Shown here: piece by piece, positions 36,012 through 49,075 of the stretch
Layout: each line of letters starts with the position of its first letter
Numbering within the stretch: position 1 is the first letter of the stretch
DNA from: Fonticula alba ATCC 38817
Taxonomy: Eukaryota; Protista; Nucleariida
NCBI GenBank assembly: GCA_000388065.2
Contig: KB932204.1
Strand: one strand, 5' to 3'
Length of the DNA stretch: 61,602 nucleotides
The notes under the pieces: model-generated
The model's input: the letters and a program-made list of their open reading frames with translations, nothing else
The model's database searches: none
Told to the model about the DNA's origin: nothing
Position numbers and translations under genes: made by a program

Positions 36012-39000
36012 CGGCCCAGCACATGCACACCCACCACCAGGCCCAGGCCCAGCGCCACCTCATCCACCAGCAGCAGCACGCCGCCCAGTATCAGCAGCAG
36101 GCCCAGTATCACGAGCACCAGCTTCAGCTGCAGGCCCAGCAGCAGCAGCAGCAGCACGCCCAGGCCCAGCAGCAGCTGCACCACCTCCAGGCCCAGCAGG
36201 CCCAGGCCTCGGGCAGTGGCGCCAAGGATGCCGAGGTGAAGTCCCCCTCCGGGTCGTCTTCCGCTTCTTCCTCCTCCTCCTCGGCCCCGGCTGCCGCCGA
36301 GCATGGGGCCACCGCCTCGGCCGGGCTCGATGCCGGAGCCGGCCCCGGCGGCATGCCCTACCATGTTCCGCCGGAGCCGGTGCGCGAGCGGATCGACTTC
36401 ATCCTCAACAACATCACCGCTTCCAATACCGCCTCCTCGGCCCACGACACCCTGGACCTGCTGCATCGGGGGCTCCAGGCGGCCGCCCTGGCTGGCGGGG
36501 ACTTCCCGGACAAGCATGCCGGGGCCGACCTGCTGGCTGCCCGGCCGGACACCTACTACCTGTGGTTCTGCAACCACCTGATGGAGACCCGCATCATCAA
36601 GGAGCCCAACTTCCACCCCGTGTTCCTGGCCCTGATCGAGGCCATGGGCGTGGAGGCCATCGATCAGACCCTGCTCCTTGTGACATACAGCACCATTCGC
36701 GCGCTGCTGGCCGATGGCGACTCCTCGTCCACGACGTCCTCCTCGGTGCGGACTGGGCTCTCCAAGCTCGGGTCCTGGCTCGGGCGCATCACCATCGGCC
36801 GGAACCGGCCGATCCTGCACAAGCACCTGGTCATCAAGGATGTCCTGCTGGATGCCATCCGCGACAAGCGCCTGCACCTGGCCATGCCCTTCGTTTGCAA
36901 GACCCTGGCCTTCTCGAAGGACTCGCTGGTACGTGCCATTGTGCCTGCTTCCTTGTTTGTCGAGGCCCACCTGCCTCTTTTCCTCGCCTCCCCCTGGCGC
37001 TGACGGTTCGGCTTTCTCCCCTCCGCTTCCTTCCCCTGCCCCTTCCCCCCCCCCTCCCGCACCCCGTCGCCTTGCCTCCTCCCCTGGGCCCGTAGGCCTT
37101 CCGCCCGAGCAGCCCCTGGACCATGGCCATCCTGCGCTTGCTCGGGGAGATTCTCCTGGAGAAGGACCTCCGCATGAATATCTCCTTCGAGATTGAGGTC
37201 CTCTTCAAGGAGCTGGACCAGCGGTCGATCACCCCCTCCAACATCCTCAGCTCCCAGGACTTCCTGTCTGGCGGCCTCGGCAGCCGGACCGGCGGGCGCC
37301 ATGCCCCGCGCCGTGCTCTTGGCCAATCGCGCGATCTCAACGAGGCCAGCGTCATTGTGGCCGATGCCGCCACCGCGGCCGCCGTCGACGCGGCGGCCCT
37401 CGTGGCGGCGGCCCTGTCCACCCCGGGCCGAGGTGCCACGGCTCCCCCCTCGAGCGAGGAGGCCGGCCCTGCCGGGGCATCGGCCTCGGGCGCCGGCCAG
37501 CATCCGTCGCATCCTGGCGGCCAGCAGTCCCTGCAGCACCAGGGAGCCGCCGCCGGGCATCATGGCCCCGGCGGGCAGCACCCCTCGACCGATGGCGGCC
37601 TGGCCGACCCGGCGGCTGGCCTGCTTGAGGGGGGTGGCGCCGACGACTCGGCGGCCGGGCGTCGTGCCCTCTCCGACGGGTCGGCCGTCGATCCGGGCAT
37701 CGAGATCACCCAGGCCCAGGAGCTCATGCAGACGCGCGAGCACTTCCGTGCCATTGTCTCGGAGGCGATTGACGAGTGCGTGCCTGGCCCTTTAGGTCGA
37801 CTGCCATCCCCGCTTCTTCTTCTTCTTCTTCTTCTTTTTTTCTTGTCATGCGTGGCCGCTTTCCTTTCCCCCACTCTCTCTCTTCGCCATCGACTGTCGC
37901 TCACATCCTGCTTCTCCGCCTGTCTTCCCCCCTCCCCCTGTCTCGGCTCGCGCCGTGTCTTCCTCTCTCTCTCTCTCTCTCTCTCTCTCCCCCCCCCCCG
38001 CCCCTCGCAGTGCTGCGGCCGACTTCATCGAGAAGAACATGCGCCAGCTGAGCAATGTCGCATGCATCAGCGCCGAGATGCTGGTCTCCAAGGACTTCGC
38101 CGCCGAGACCGACGACCGGTCCATCCACTCCAGCGCCCTGGCCATGGGCCGGGCTCTGGCTGCTTCGCTGATCGTGGCCAGCAAGGAGACCCTCCGCCGG
38201 CTGATCACCACCCACTTGAACACCAAGATCGCCGCCTACCAGGGCGAGGCCCATGCCGGGGCCGCGCACCTGACCCCGAAGCAAATCCGCCTCCTGACGC
38301 AGTATGCCACCAGCGACACGACCGTCGAGCAGGTGGCCTACTACATCACGCAGTTCAGCTCCAACCAGGTGGACCGTGTCCTGCTGGAGCTGCTCCAGCG
38401 CCGGCGCCAGTGCTCGCTCAATGCGGCCGGCAGCCCGCCCGATGGCAAGGTTCCCTTCGATCTGGACGCCCTCAAGGCGGCCAACCACTACTCCGATCAC
38501 ATTCCCCGGTCGCTGTTGCCCGGGTCGGTGGAGCTTTCGGCCGCCGGCCCCTACCTCAAGGTGTATTCGGACTTTTCGGAGATGCCGCTCCAGCTGCATG
38601 AGCATGGTGCGCGCTTGGCCCCGGCCGTGGGCCCGGCCTCCGACGTGCCCCCGGTGGCCGAGGCGGTGGCCCCGGCCGCCGATGCCTCGGGCGCCCATCC
38701 CCCCCAGGCCCCGGGCGCCGGTGCTGCCGGGCCATACAAGCAGCTGCCTGCTTCCGGCCCGGCCACCGCCGGGGTGGTGGCGCCGCCGGCGGCCGATCCC
38801 CGCGCCGGCGGCCCTGCCATCACGCCGGAGATCCTCATCACCAATGTCTTCCAGCAGTTTATCGCCGATGTGGGCACCATTTCCGGGCCGGTGTTCCCGC
38901 TGAAGCACATCAAGGAGGACCCGACGCACCCGCTGGTTGCGCTTGGTACGCCATTTTCTCTCCCCCCCCCCCACTTCCTCCTTCTCCTCCTCCTCCGAGG

Positions 39001-42000
39001 GGGCTCCCCCGTGGCATCCCGCTGGTTTGCACTTACTGACCACTCTTCCGTCCGCATGTCTCCCTCCCTCTCCCTCCCTCTCCCTCCCTCTCCCTCCCTC
39101 CCTCCCTCCCTCCCTCCCTCTCTCTCTCTCTCTCTCTCTCCCTCTCTCTCGCCACCTATCTTCACAGTCAACAACATGATCGCCCGCTGTGGTGCCTTCG
39201 AGTGGCAGCTGGCCCGGCTGGCGCTGGATGCTCTGTTCACCCTGTCCTCGGACATCCATCTGCCGGGGAGCGGGAGCACCCCGGGCGAGGAGCTGGCCGA
39301 GTCGACCGGCGGCTCCTCCCCGGCCCTGGCCATGGCGGCCTTCTGCGCGCTCTTCCTCCTGCGCTTCTGCCACCAGGGCACCAACCAGGCCTACTGGCTG
39401 CAGAAGTACATCCAGGAGCTGATCTTCAGCGGCCGGGCCAATGTCCTGGCCCTGACGGTGCTCATCCGGGCCGAGGTCCTGAGCCTGACCTTCGTGCTGG
39501 AGTCCCTGACGCACGTGGCCCATGGACAGGCGGCGGCCACGGCCGCCGGTGCCAATGCCGGCAGCGCGCCCGAGCCCTCCATGGCCAATCTCTTCCTCGG
39601 CACCCTGATCGGGGTGTACATCCGCGGCTTCGGCGATGCCGATGCCCTGCTGGACCGCGAGACCCTCGGGGAGCTGGACATGCTGAGCAAGAGCGTGGCT
39701 CGCAGCCACTTCGGCCCGATCAGCGAGTCGCTGATCCGCCAGCTGCATGCGGCCTTGCAATTTAGCGCCTCGCCGGCGGCCGCCTCGGCCATGGCCCGCG
39801 GCCTGCACACCGCCTTCTTCACCATGGTCCCCATCTTCTCGCTCTTTGTGCTGACCAGCAACAGCCACAGCGCCACGCTGATCAGCCTGCCTCCGGCGGT
39901 GGCGGCCGGCCCCGGCGAGGAGGCCGCCGCCCTGGCCACGGCCACCGACCGCCTGGCCTCCGTGGCCCAGGAGGTCCGCCATCTGATCACGGCCTGGCGG
40001 CTGATCTTCCTGAGCCCCAGCTACGGGGAGTCCTCGCACTTGGCCTTCGCCCGGTCGATCAACACCACGCGCAGCCTGTCCACCGCCGATGCCACCCTCT
40101 GCTTTGTCATGTTCTTCCTGGACCTGTGCATCGGCGAGTTCCTGGTCACGCAGCAGCTCTCGCCGGCTCTCTATTCGGGCACCGGGCTGGCCGGGGCCCC
40201 GGGCCCCCGGCACCCGGCCTTCACCCTGGTGGACATGTTCACCCGGCTGGTGGCCCTGCGCGTGCGGCTCATGGCCACCGATGCCGAGCGTGTGCTCTTT
40301 GTTCGCCGGGTGCTGGCGGCCATTGTCCTGCACATGTCGGCCGTCCAGCAGCAGCTCTTCCTGGCCCTGCCCCAGGCGGTCTATCTGCACGTCTTCTCCA
40401 ACCTCTACTATGAGCTCCTGTCATCGGATGCCATTCTGCTGTTGTCGCGCGCCACCGGCGACCAGCCGGCCGGGGCCCCGACCGCCGGGGCCACCCTGGC
40501 CCCGCGCAGCAGTGCCGCCCCCCCGACGGCGGCCGGCCCCGCGTCCGCCTCCCGCCCTTCCTCCGATCCGGCGGCCGCCCTGCCGACCATTGCCTCGATT
40601 GCGGCCGCGGCGCTCGAGTACTCGGAGTCCCACCCGACTGCCTCCTACTCCTCGGCCGGCGGGCCGGCGGCGGCGGCGGCGGCCGATGCGGCCCCGGTGG
40701 CCCCGGCCACGGAGACCGACTCGCTGGCCGGGGGCGATCTCGGCCACCTGGCGCCGGCCACGTCGGAGCTGATGTCGCAATTGCTGCTGGCCTTCGCCAG
40801 TGCCCTGGACGCCCTGCGCCCGTCGCAATTCCCGCTCTTTGCCTTCCAATGGGTGGACCTGATGGCGCATCGGCTCTTCATGCCGAAGCTCCTGCTGCTC
40901 GGGGCGCCGTCCATTGTGCCGGCCTCCTCCAGCAAGCCGGCCATGCTGGTTCCCTCGCAGCAGCCCCGCCGGGGCTGGCCGGCCTTCAAGAAGCTCCTCG
41001 TTGCGCATCTTGAGTTCCTCGGCCATCGGATGCGCGCCTCGCGCCCCCTGCCCCCGAGCCTCAAGAACCTGTACCGGGCCACGCTGCGCATCCTGCTGGT
41101 CCTCCTGCGCGACCTGCCGGAGTTCCTGTGCGACTACCATGTGTCGCTGGTGGCCGTGGTCCCGCATGGGTGTGTCCAGCTGCGCAATCTCATCCTCTCG
41201 TCCTTCCCCCGGCACATGCGCCTGCCGGATCCCTTCACCTCCGAGGTGCAGGTGGACTCCCTGCCGGATGTGCACATCCCCCCGCGCGTGCCGGCCTCCT
41301 TCGTCCGGATCTTCGAGAAGTCCCCGGCCGGGGTGGCCCTCCTTGACATTGTCAATGCCTATCTGCGCACGCGCGACGCCACCGGCGACCCGCTGCGCCA
41401 GCTGGCGCGCCTGGTCCACACGGCCGACAGTGAGCAGCAGCCGCAGCAGCTGACCGATGGCACCACCCTCCCGCCCAAGTACAACGATCCGCTCATCAAT
41501 GCCCTGGTTCTGTATATCGGCATCCACTCGACCGCGTACCACATGGCGCAGCTGATGCCGTCGGCGGCCGCGGCCGCCGCCGCCGCACTCAGCTCGTCCA
41601 GTGCCTCGGCCGCTGGCGCCGGCTCCCTCATGGCTTTGCTGTCATCGGCGCCCATTTCGCCCTCCGGCTCGCCATTGCTCGGCTCGGCGCCGGCCAGTGC
41701 CTCGCTGTCGGCCGCGGCGGCCGCCGCCTCGACCTCGGCATTGGTCGGCACGTCCCCCAACCTCGGTCCTCTGTCCGGTTCGTCGAGCGCCGCCGGGGCC
41801 ACGGTCACCTCGATCGCGCCCCGGTCGCATGGCGCCGCCGGCTCGGGCGCGGGAGACCACACGTCGGCCACGGTGGCCGAGTCGGGGTCCGAGGCGCCTG
41901 GCGCCACCGCGGCGGCCGCTGCCGCTGCCGCCGCCGCCGCCTCATCGCTCATGATGATGGGGCCCCTCCCCTCGGCGGCGGACTCCCCGGCCATGGACAT

Positions 42001-42337
42001 CTTCACCCGGCTCATGGCCGACCTGGACCCGGAGGGACGCTTCCACTTCGTCAATGCCATCGCCAACCAGCTGCGCTATCCCAACCGCCACACCCAGTAC
42101 TTCAGCGGTGTTCTGCTCTACCTCTTCCTCAAGTCCAATGAGCTTATCCAGGAGCAGATCACTCGCGTGCTGCTGGAGCGCCTGATCGTCAACCGGCCTC
42201 ACCCGTGGGGCCTGCTCATCACCTTCATCGATCTGATCAAGAACTCCCGCTACGACTTCTGGAACAAGCCCTTCACCACCTGTGCCCCGGAGATCCAGCG
42301 TCTGTTCGAGACCGTCGCCCGGTCCTGCCTGACGTGA
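30376..42337 (+). CDS. CNOT1: CCR4-NOT scaffold subunit NOT1, about 3536 aa
   Basis: Exons 30376-30786, 31057-32039, 32190-33066, 33202-33903, 34076-36928, 37096-37775, 38011-38945, 39168-42337 (10611 nt, in frame). MIF4G domain (PPEPVRERIDFILNN..EPNFH..LGSWLG..FRPSSPWTMAIL..FEIEVL), KDFA-containing CAF40-binding region, and the C-terminal QEQITRVLLERLIVNRPHPWGLLITFIDLIKN..CAPEI. Confidence 0.96.
30808..30965. repeat. Compound (CT)/(TCTT)/(CCCT) polypyrimidine microsatellite in the first coding-region intron of CNOT1
   Basis: Nearly pure pyrimidine run of about 160 nt built from repeated TCTTTCTCTCTC-like units. Confidence 0.9.
35741..36205 (+). repeat. CAG/CAC-rich coding repeats giving a Gln/His-rich insert in NOT1
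   Basis: Several (CAG)n runs in frame in the largest middle exon (34076-36928). Confidence 0.9.
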
Positions 42338-43547
42338 GGGCCCGCCGGCGTCGGGCCTGTGTGGCTGGCTCGAAGCCCCCGCCCCCTGAACCGGCGGCGG
42401 GGCCCTCTGCGCTGTCTCGCAGACAAAGGCGCGCGGAGGGGGCAAAAAAGGGGCGGGCCTGCACATGAGTCCGTGTGTCTTCCTTCCCCCCTGTGTCCAA
42501 TATACACTCACCTGTCCCACAACAGTCTCCCCGGTCTTTGTGCATGTGTTCCTTGTTGTTTTTTTTTTTTGCTTTTCTTTTCCCCCCCGCCCTTTCTTTG
42601 CTTCTTGCCTTTGTCCATGGTCGTGCCGGCGCGGGGCGCTGGAGCGTGAAAAATGGCGGGGAGCCTTGCCGCGGCCGCGGCCGCGCCGGCTTGCGTGCTG
42701 CTGGCGCGCCTGGTCGGGCGAGGAGAGCCGGCCGCCCGGACGGGCTTTCCCCAAGCAGCGACGGCCGCCCCGGGACCGGGCACCCGGCACTGCCAGCCCG
42801 TGAATAATCCCCGCTGGGGCTCGGTCCTGGGTGCTGGGCGCCCGAGCCGCCCAGTGAGGCCGAGGACGGGGACGGGGGGGGGGGGGGCGGCGCACGCACA
42901 GCGCACGCATGCGGCCAGTCGCGTCCCCGCCCCCGAGAGAGCGCACGCGCGGGCGGCCGCGGGCCCCGGGACTGCCAACCGAACGGTGAAAACGGTTGTT
43001 TTTTGAATCCACCCGCCGGGCCCCCTGGCCAGGAGCCACCCCGCTCCCGGCGGCGGGGGGCGGGGGGGGGGGGGCTGCCGGACGGGGGAGATGGTCAGAG
43101 GCACACCGGCCCCTTCACGGCCCCAGCACCCTCCGAGGGCATCGGGCGAAATAACAATGCAATAATCGCCCCCGGGGCTCTCCCCCGGTAGCCCACTCCC
43201 CCCCGGGCCACCCCGTCCTGCCATCGATGTGGCTGTTGCCGCGGAGCGGGGGGGTGGGGGGGCCAGCTTCCCTCCCGGGTGCGCATCAGTGGCCGAGATC
43301 GGGCGGAAGCAAGGGCTAGCTCCGGCGGGCGGGGGTGCTCCCGCGCGACTCCCCGCCGGGAGGGGGGAGGGGCGGCCCTTTTCCGACGCCCCCTCGGCCC
43401 CCGGCCCGCATCCCCAGCAGCCAGAGCCAGGCATCCGCCGGTCCCCCCCCCCCCCCCCCCTTCCCCTCCTCCTCCTCCTCTCTGCCCTTCCTCCCCTCTG
43501 CCGCATCCGTCCTCCCCCGCCCCTCACAGACGCCCCTCCGACCGACG

Positions 43548-46500
43548 ATGATCCTGCCCAGCGCGCCGCTGGAACACCCAGCGGCCGAGCCGCAGGAGCA
43601 CTTCTGCCCACTCGCGGCCGCCAGCGGCTTTGTCTCCAACGCCCGGCGCCTGCTGGATGACGCGCTCCTGTCGGCCGATGCCACCCTCCTGGCGGAGACC
43701 GCCCTGGCTCTGGCTACCGACGCCGGGGCGGCTGGCGCCGCTGGACCACTGGCCGGGCCACTGGCCGGCAATGCCCGGGTCACTGGCAAGACCTCGGTGC
43801 CAGGCGCCACCAGCTGCCCGGCCGCTGCCGCCGGGCGGGCCTGCTTCTGCCCGGCCATCATCGCCTCCGCCGCCCGGGTTGTCTTGGCGCGCGCCGCTCT
43901 GGCCGATGGTCAGCTCAGTCGGGCCTTCTTCCTCCTTTGCGTCGGTGCTGAGTACGCGCCTCCGTCCCCCCCCCCCCGCCCATAGACAGATGAGCACATC
44001 CGCGCGCAAACCCCCACATGCTAATCCCTTTCCCACTCCCCTCCCCCCCACACACACACACACACCGGATCCCCTGTCGCCTCAGCTCACCGGAGGCGCT
44101 CTACCTGCTGGCCACCTGCGCCAAGCGCCTCAATCGCCCGGGTGACTCGTCGGCCGCCCTGAATGTCATCGTTCAGGCCGCCGGCCCCCCTGGCGCCGGT
44201 GCCTCCGGCGACGACCCGAAGGCCGCACCCCGGCCCCTGCGCACGGATTTGGTCTTTCGGTCGGACCTCCCGCGCATTGCCCATCTCCTCCGGGCCGACG
44301 GGGCCGACACCTGCCGGAGTGCTGTCGACAGTGGCTTCGCCCCGAAGTGGCTCACATACGCCGAGGCGCTGCTTGGGCAATTGCTTTTGTACGTGTGCAC
44401 ATGTGGGTGCAGGTGTATCCACGCCCCCCCCCCCNNNNNNNNNNNNNNNNNNNNNNNNNNNNNNNNNNNNNNNNNNNNNNNNNNNNNNNNNNNNNNNNNC
44501 CGCCTCTCACACGCCCACACGCACGAATTCCTCGGCCCTCGCTCCCCGATCGTCGCCCTCCTTTCCCACCCAGACGGGCTACCAGACGATGACTCGGAAA
44601 CGGACGCCCGGCAACACCCCGGCGAAATGGCAGCCACAGGCACCCCTCCGCGCGATGGCCCGGAAGATAGCCTGACCAACCCTCAGGTATGCGGCCCTCC
44701 TGTTCTTCCCCCCTCGCCCCCCCCCCCTCCTCGCTCCTTCTCCCCTTGCGTCTCCGGTCCGCAACGAAAGACGGGCGCCGGCTCGGAGCCCATGACCGAC
44801 ACTGACACCAAAGCAATCCGCCAGACCCCCAGCATCCACGCCGGTCGGCTATTGCGGGCGTTGAAACGCTGCGAACAAGCCCGGCGACGGTACAACATCC
44901 CGGAGCTGTCTCTCGCACATGCGGCCCTGCCGCCGAGCGTCCACCGCGCGCGCGTCCCCTACCTGCTGGATCTCCTGTGCTTCGCGGCCCTGGCGCGCGC
45001 GGACTACTCCACGGCCGCCCAGCACTTCGGCCGGCTACGGGCGCTTTACCCCTGGCGCTTGACCGGCATGGATCAATATGCCTCGGCGCTGCTGGTCCTC
45101 CGCCGCCCGCGCTCCCTGTCGCACCTGTCCCGGATGCTGGCCCGCATCGAGCCCCAGGCGGCCGAGACGTGGGCCGCTGCCGGGGCGGCCCTCGCAGCCA
45201 TGGGCGGCCGCCGGCAGGCCTCCCGCCGGGCCCTTGTGCGGGCGGTTCGTCTGTCCCCCGAGAGCCCCTACGCCTGGACCATGCTCGGGCATGAGCTCCG
45301 TGACCAGGGCCGGCTGGATGAGGCGTGCACTGCCTACGAGCGGGCAGTCAGCCTGGACCCCTTGCACTTTGTGGCCTGGTGCGTGTCATGCCACGGTGAA
45401 CGCCCCCTTGTTGGGCCTCCTTCCCCCACCCTCCTCCCGGGGTTTTTTTTTTTTTTTTTTTTGCTCCCCTGCCACCCCTCCGCCCGTGACCAACCGCGTG
45501 CTCTGTCCCCCTTTGCAGGTACTCCATGGCCATGGTGCACGCTCGGCGCCGCCAGCGCTCCTCGGCCCTGGTCTTCCTCCGCCGGGCCCTGCTCATTTAC
45601 GACACCCCACTCCTTTACTTCCACTATAGCGCGGTATGTCTGGCTACCTCTTCATTCCCCGCCCCCGCGCCCGCCCCCTTTCGCGGGCTCCCTTGCCTGG
45701 GCCCCGTGCTGACTTGCCCTGCCAGATTCTCCACGACTCCGGGCGGCTTGACGATGCGGCGCATGTCATCGAGCATGCCATCCACCTGTCGGAGGAACAG
45801 CTCCAAACCGAGGACGCCGAACTCGATCAACCGGTGCCCGGGATTCCCCCCGCCTCGCGGGTGGACTACATCCCGCTGAAGCCCCACCGCCCAGCCCCAC
45901 GCCGTGTGTTCAAGTCCCTCCACTCGCGCATTGCCCTCGATCGGGCCCTGGTCCAGGCTCGCATGGCTCGTGCCCATTTGGACGAGGTCGATGCCGTGTA
46001 TGCCTGCTTCGGCTTGCCGGCCTACCCGCGTGACGGGTCAGACTCGGCCGTCCACCTGCAGGCCGCACTGCCGGAGCAGGCGGTGGCGGCCCTTCAGCAC
46101 CATTTCGACCAGGCCAACCAGTGCCAGCACAATGCCCTGATCTTTGCCCAAGACGCTGGCGCCACGGCCGAAGAGTGCTTCTGGGCCGAGCCCTCGGACG
46201 TCGACGCGGCCCGCGTGGCCGCGCGCTCCTACCGGGTACCTACCACCGCAGTGATCTGCCTCGGCCCGCGGCTCCGCCGGCATCCCCNNNNNNNNNNCCC
46301 CCCCCCCGCCCCGCTTGGTACTTGGAACTCCAGCTCATCGGCGACGAGGACAAGGCCCACCTGTTCTCGACACATGCATACGCCATTTCGGCGGCCGCGC
46401 CGCGCGCCGGCTCGCTCACTCTTCAGACTCGCACGGCCTCCTCGTCACACGGCCCGGGACAGGCGGTCTTTCCCTTTGACTCGGATCTTGACGAGGATGG

Positions 46501-46933
46501 CGACTTGGATACCTTCGACGGCCGGGGGGCTTCCGCCGGCCAGGCAGCCCCCTCGGCAGATGTCGAGCCCGACCCCCCGGGCCATCTCAACTTCCAGGAC
46601 GAGGACTTGCTGGACAGCCAAACCCCTGCGCACTTTCTTTTTGAGTTCGACTTCCCTGGACAAGCCCCCGAGCAGCAGCCCCAGCATCCGGATGACCAGC
46701 ACCACCCCCACCCCCACCCCCACCAGCACCACCAACACCAACACCACCCACACCAACACCAATATCCCCAGCATCACCCCCCTGGCCACCACCCGCACCA
46801 CCAATCCGCCTCTCAGGGCGATGACAACGCCACGCAGTCCTCCATGCTCCATGGGGGGGGCTTTGACCCGGAGCGCGATCTCGACGACTTCGACCGCGAG
46901 TCGATGGAGCTTTCGCCACGGCACCGTATGTGA
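43548..46933 (+). CDS. CDC27: APC/C TPR subunit Cdc27/Apc3 homologue, divergent
   Basis: Exons 43548-43951, 44086-44388, (hidden exon implied at gap 44435-44499 by a phase mismatch), 44574-44686, 44825-45378, 45519-45633, 45726-46235, 46334-46933. The TPR order matches Cdc27: SPEALYLLATC; RLTGMDQYASAL; ETWAAAG; YAWTMLGHE; LDPLHFVAWYSMAMV; YRLIGDEDKAHLFSTHAY. Confidence 0.85.
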
Positions 46934-47184
46934 GCCTTCCCCGGGCGGGGGGAGGGGGGGGCGAAAGATCAAGTCCTTTTCCTCGACCGCCCTCCGACTG
47001 TCGCGTACACGCGCGCACGCACACACAGACCATGCGCCTGCGCATGAACATAGAGTAGATTTTTTTTGTCTATTTGCACGTTTTTGTTCGGAAGGGAGAT
47101 GGCCAGTCTTCGCACCAGGAAAGCCTCCCGGCGGCGGGCGCTGGCCAGAGACAGGAGCAGGTGCTGGCCGCGCATATCGGCGCG

Positions 47185-49075
47185 TCAGATTAACCCGGCC
47201 ATCTCGGCCATGAAGTCCTCGTAGGTGGCCTCATCCTCCTGGGACACGGTGGTCGGCTTGGCCGTGGCGTCGGTGTCGGTCGGCTGAGCACTTGCCGTCG
47301 GGCTGGGCGCTGGCGCCTGCCGGGCCATCGTCGTCTTCAGGTTGGCAATCATGGCCTTCTGTGCGGCGGTCTGGCGGCGGGGTGGGGATTGTGTCAGCTC
47401 GTAGCACGGGGAGAAGGGGGGGGGGGAAAGTGTGCACATGTATGTGCGTGCGTGTGAAAAGAGGGGCGGCAGGGCGGGAGGGAAAGAGATAGAGCGAGCA
47501 CCATCCCTGGGAGGGATGCACACAAACACGCACTCTCTTGGCCGGGGGGACAACGCCGCCTGCGCGGCGCATGGCCATCACATTTGCCGGGACGAGGCCG
47601 GTAACTTGCGTCCGGGCCTTTGGCACGGGGGCCGAAGAGGCAACAACCGATGGGGCGGACCCGGGCCGAGGAGGCACGCGCAGGGGCGCCGCTGCCACAG
47701 ACGAACCGGGCGCCGGGACGGGCAGTGGCAGCGGGGCCATCGCCACCGGCGCAGGGGGGCCCGACATCGGCGGCTGGTAGTAGCCTCCTCCCACGCCAGG
47801 GGGGGGCATTTGCGGAACTGGCGGCCCGCCGGCGGCCATGGGCGGGGGGCCGGCCGGAGGGAAGGGCGGGAAGGGCGGCGGCAGGGGACCACCGCCGGCC
47901 GGCGCCAGGCCATACGGCAGGGCCGGATTCCAGGGAGGCATTTGCGGCGGCGGCGGCGGCGGCATACCGGCCATCCCCGGGCCCGAGGGAGGAGGGAACC
48001 CCGGCAGATTGGGTGGCGCCAAGCCGGCGCCATGGGGAAGCGCCGGCCCGGCAGGCATCGGCGGCAGGTCGTCCTCCCCGTTGTCAGGCGGCATGGAAGG
48101 CATCGGCGGCAGGTCCTCCTCCCCACCGTCATTGTCCGAATCGGAGGATGACCGGTCCAGCTGCGACGCATCGTCTGCCCAGGCGCTGATGGTCTCGACG
48201 CCGCGAGCTGAACCAAGCGTGTGGCGAGAGAGGGAGAGCGAGAGGGCGCGCCGGGTCAGATGGCCGCGGCCATGAGGAGAAGATGGAACATCGAACAGCC
48301 GGGAAAGCGAAGGGGGAGGGGAGGAGGGGAAGGCGGGAAGGCGTACCATGGGCCTGGTGCCGGCGAGCGCGCTGGGCCTCCTGCGCATTGAGGATCGACG
48401 AGTCGGTCTTGTGCGTCCAGTTGATCTTGACCGCGGAGATGTGATTTCCACTGGAAGAGGGAAGGGGGGGGGAGTCAGGAACATGCACGAGCACCAGACG
48501 AAGAGGCTGACGGGCAGGGGAAGCCCCCGTGCGAGTGCCCGGGCGATGCACCACGTACAAACGGTCCAGATCAATACCCTCCTTCTTCTTGGCATCTACG
48601 AGCTCGTGCAGTTGCAGTCGCAGGGTGCGCAGATGCTCCTCATAATTGGGGCTGCTCTTGTTGTTCCGCTGCCAGAGCTCAATCTCACGCCGGAGATCCT
48701 GCACCTCGTCACGATGCTTCTTGATGACGGCATCCTTCTTACGACGGTCGCGATTCTGGGACCAGCGTCACCGGGCAGCCACGCCGGGAGACGGGCAAAG
48801 GGCAAAGGCGGCGGGAAGGAATGTCAGTCAAAGGGCGCCCGGCGGAGAGATGGTGCACGAGAGTCGCTGGGAGATGCGCACCTTGGCCTTCTCTCGGTCG
48901 GCCTGCCGCTTGCCTGGGTGTGGGGCAAGGGGAGGGGGAGATCATTCCGCACGTGTTTGACGCGCGAGCGGGTGCAGAGGGGGCAACATGTTAAGCCGGG
49001 GTTCGCACACAACCGGGAGGATTGAATGGCACAGGGAAACGCACGCTCGCGATCAGCGGGGTTCAATGCCTTCAT
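47185..49075 (-). CDS. WBP11: WW domain-binding protein 11 (Npw38BP/SIPP1), splicing factor, about 407 aa
   Basis: Exons 49075-49045, 48913-48882, 48755-48559, 48450-48347, 48207-47534, 47370-47185 (1224 nt). N-terminus LNPADRERKRQADREKAKNRDRR (compare MNPTDQARKEARKRELKKNK), Pro-rich middle, VTGLVPANVMAMRR, and C-terminal YEDFMAEMAGLI* (compare YEAFMKEMEGLL). Confidence 0.88.

Noticed and set aside
34475-40390. Long antisense ORFs over CNOT1 (831 aa and 829 aa) and similar ORFs over PDI, SNW1, RPA1 and the kinase
   Set aside because: These are shadows of GC3-biased sense codons, which deplete stop codons in other frames. They have no recognisable motifs or splice structure.
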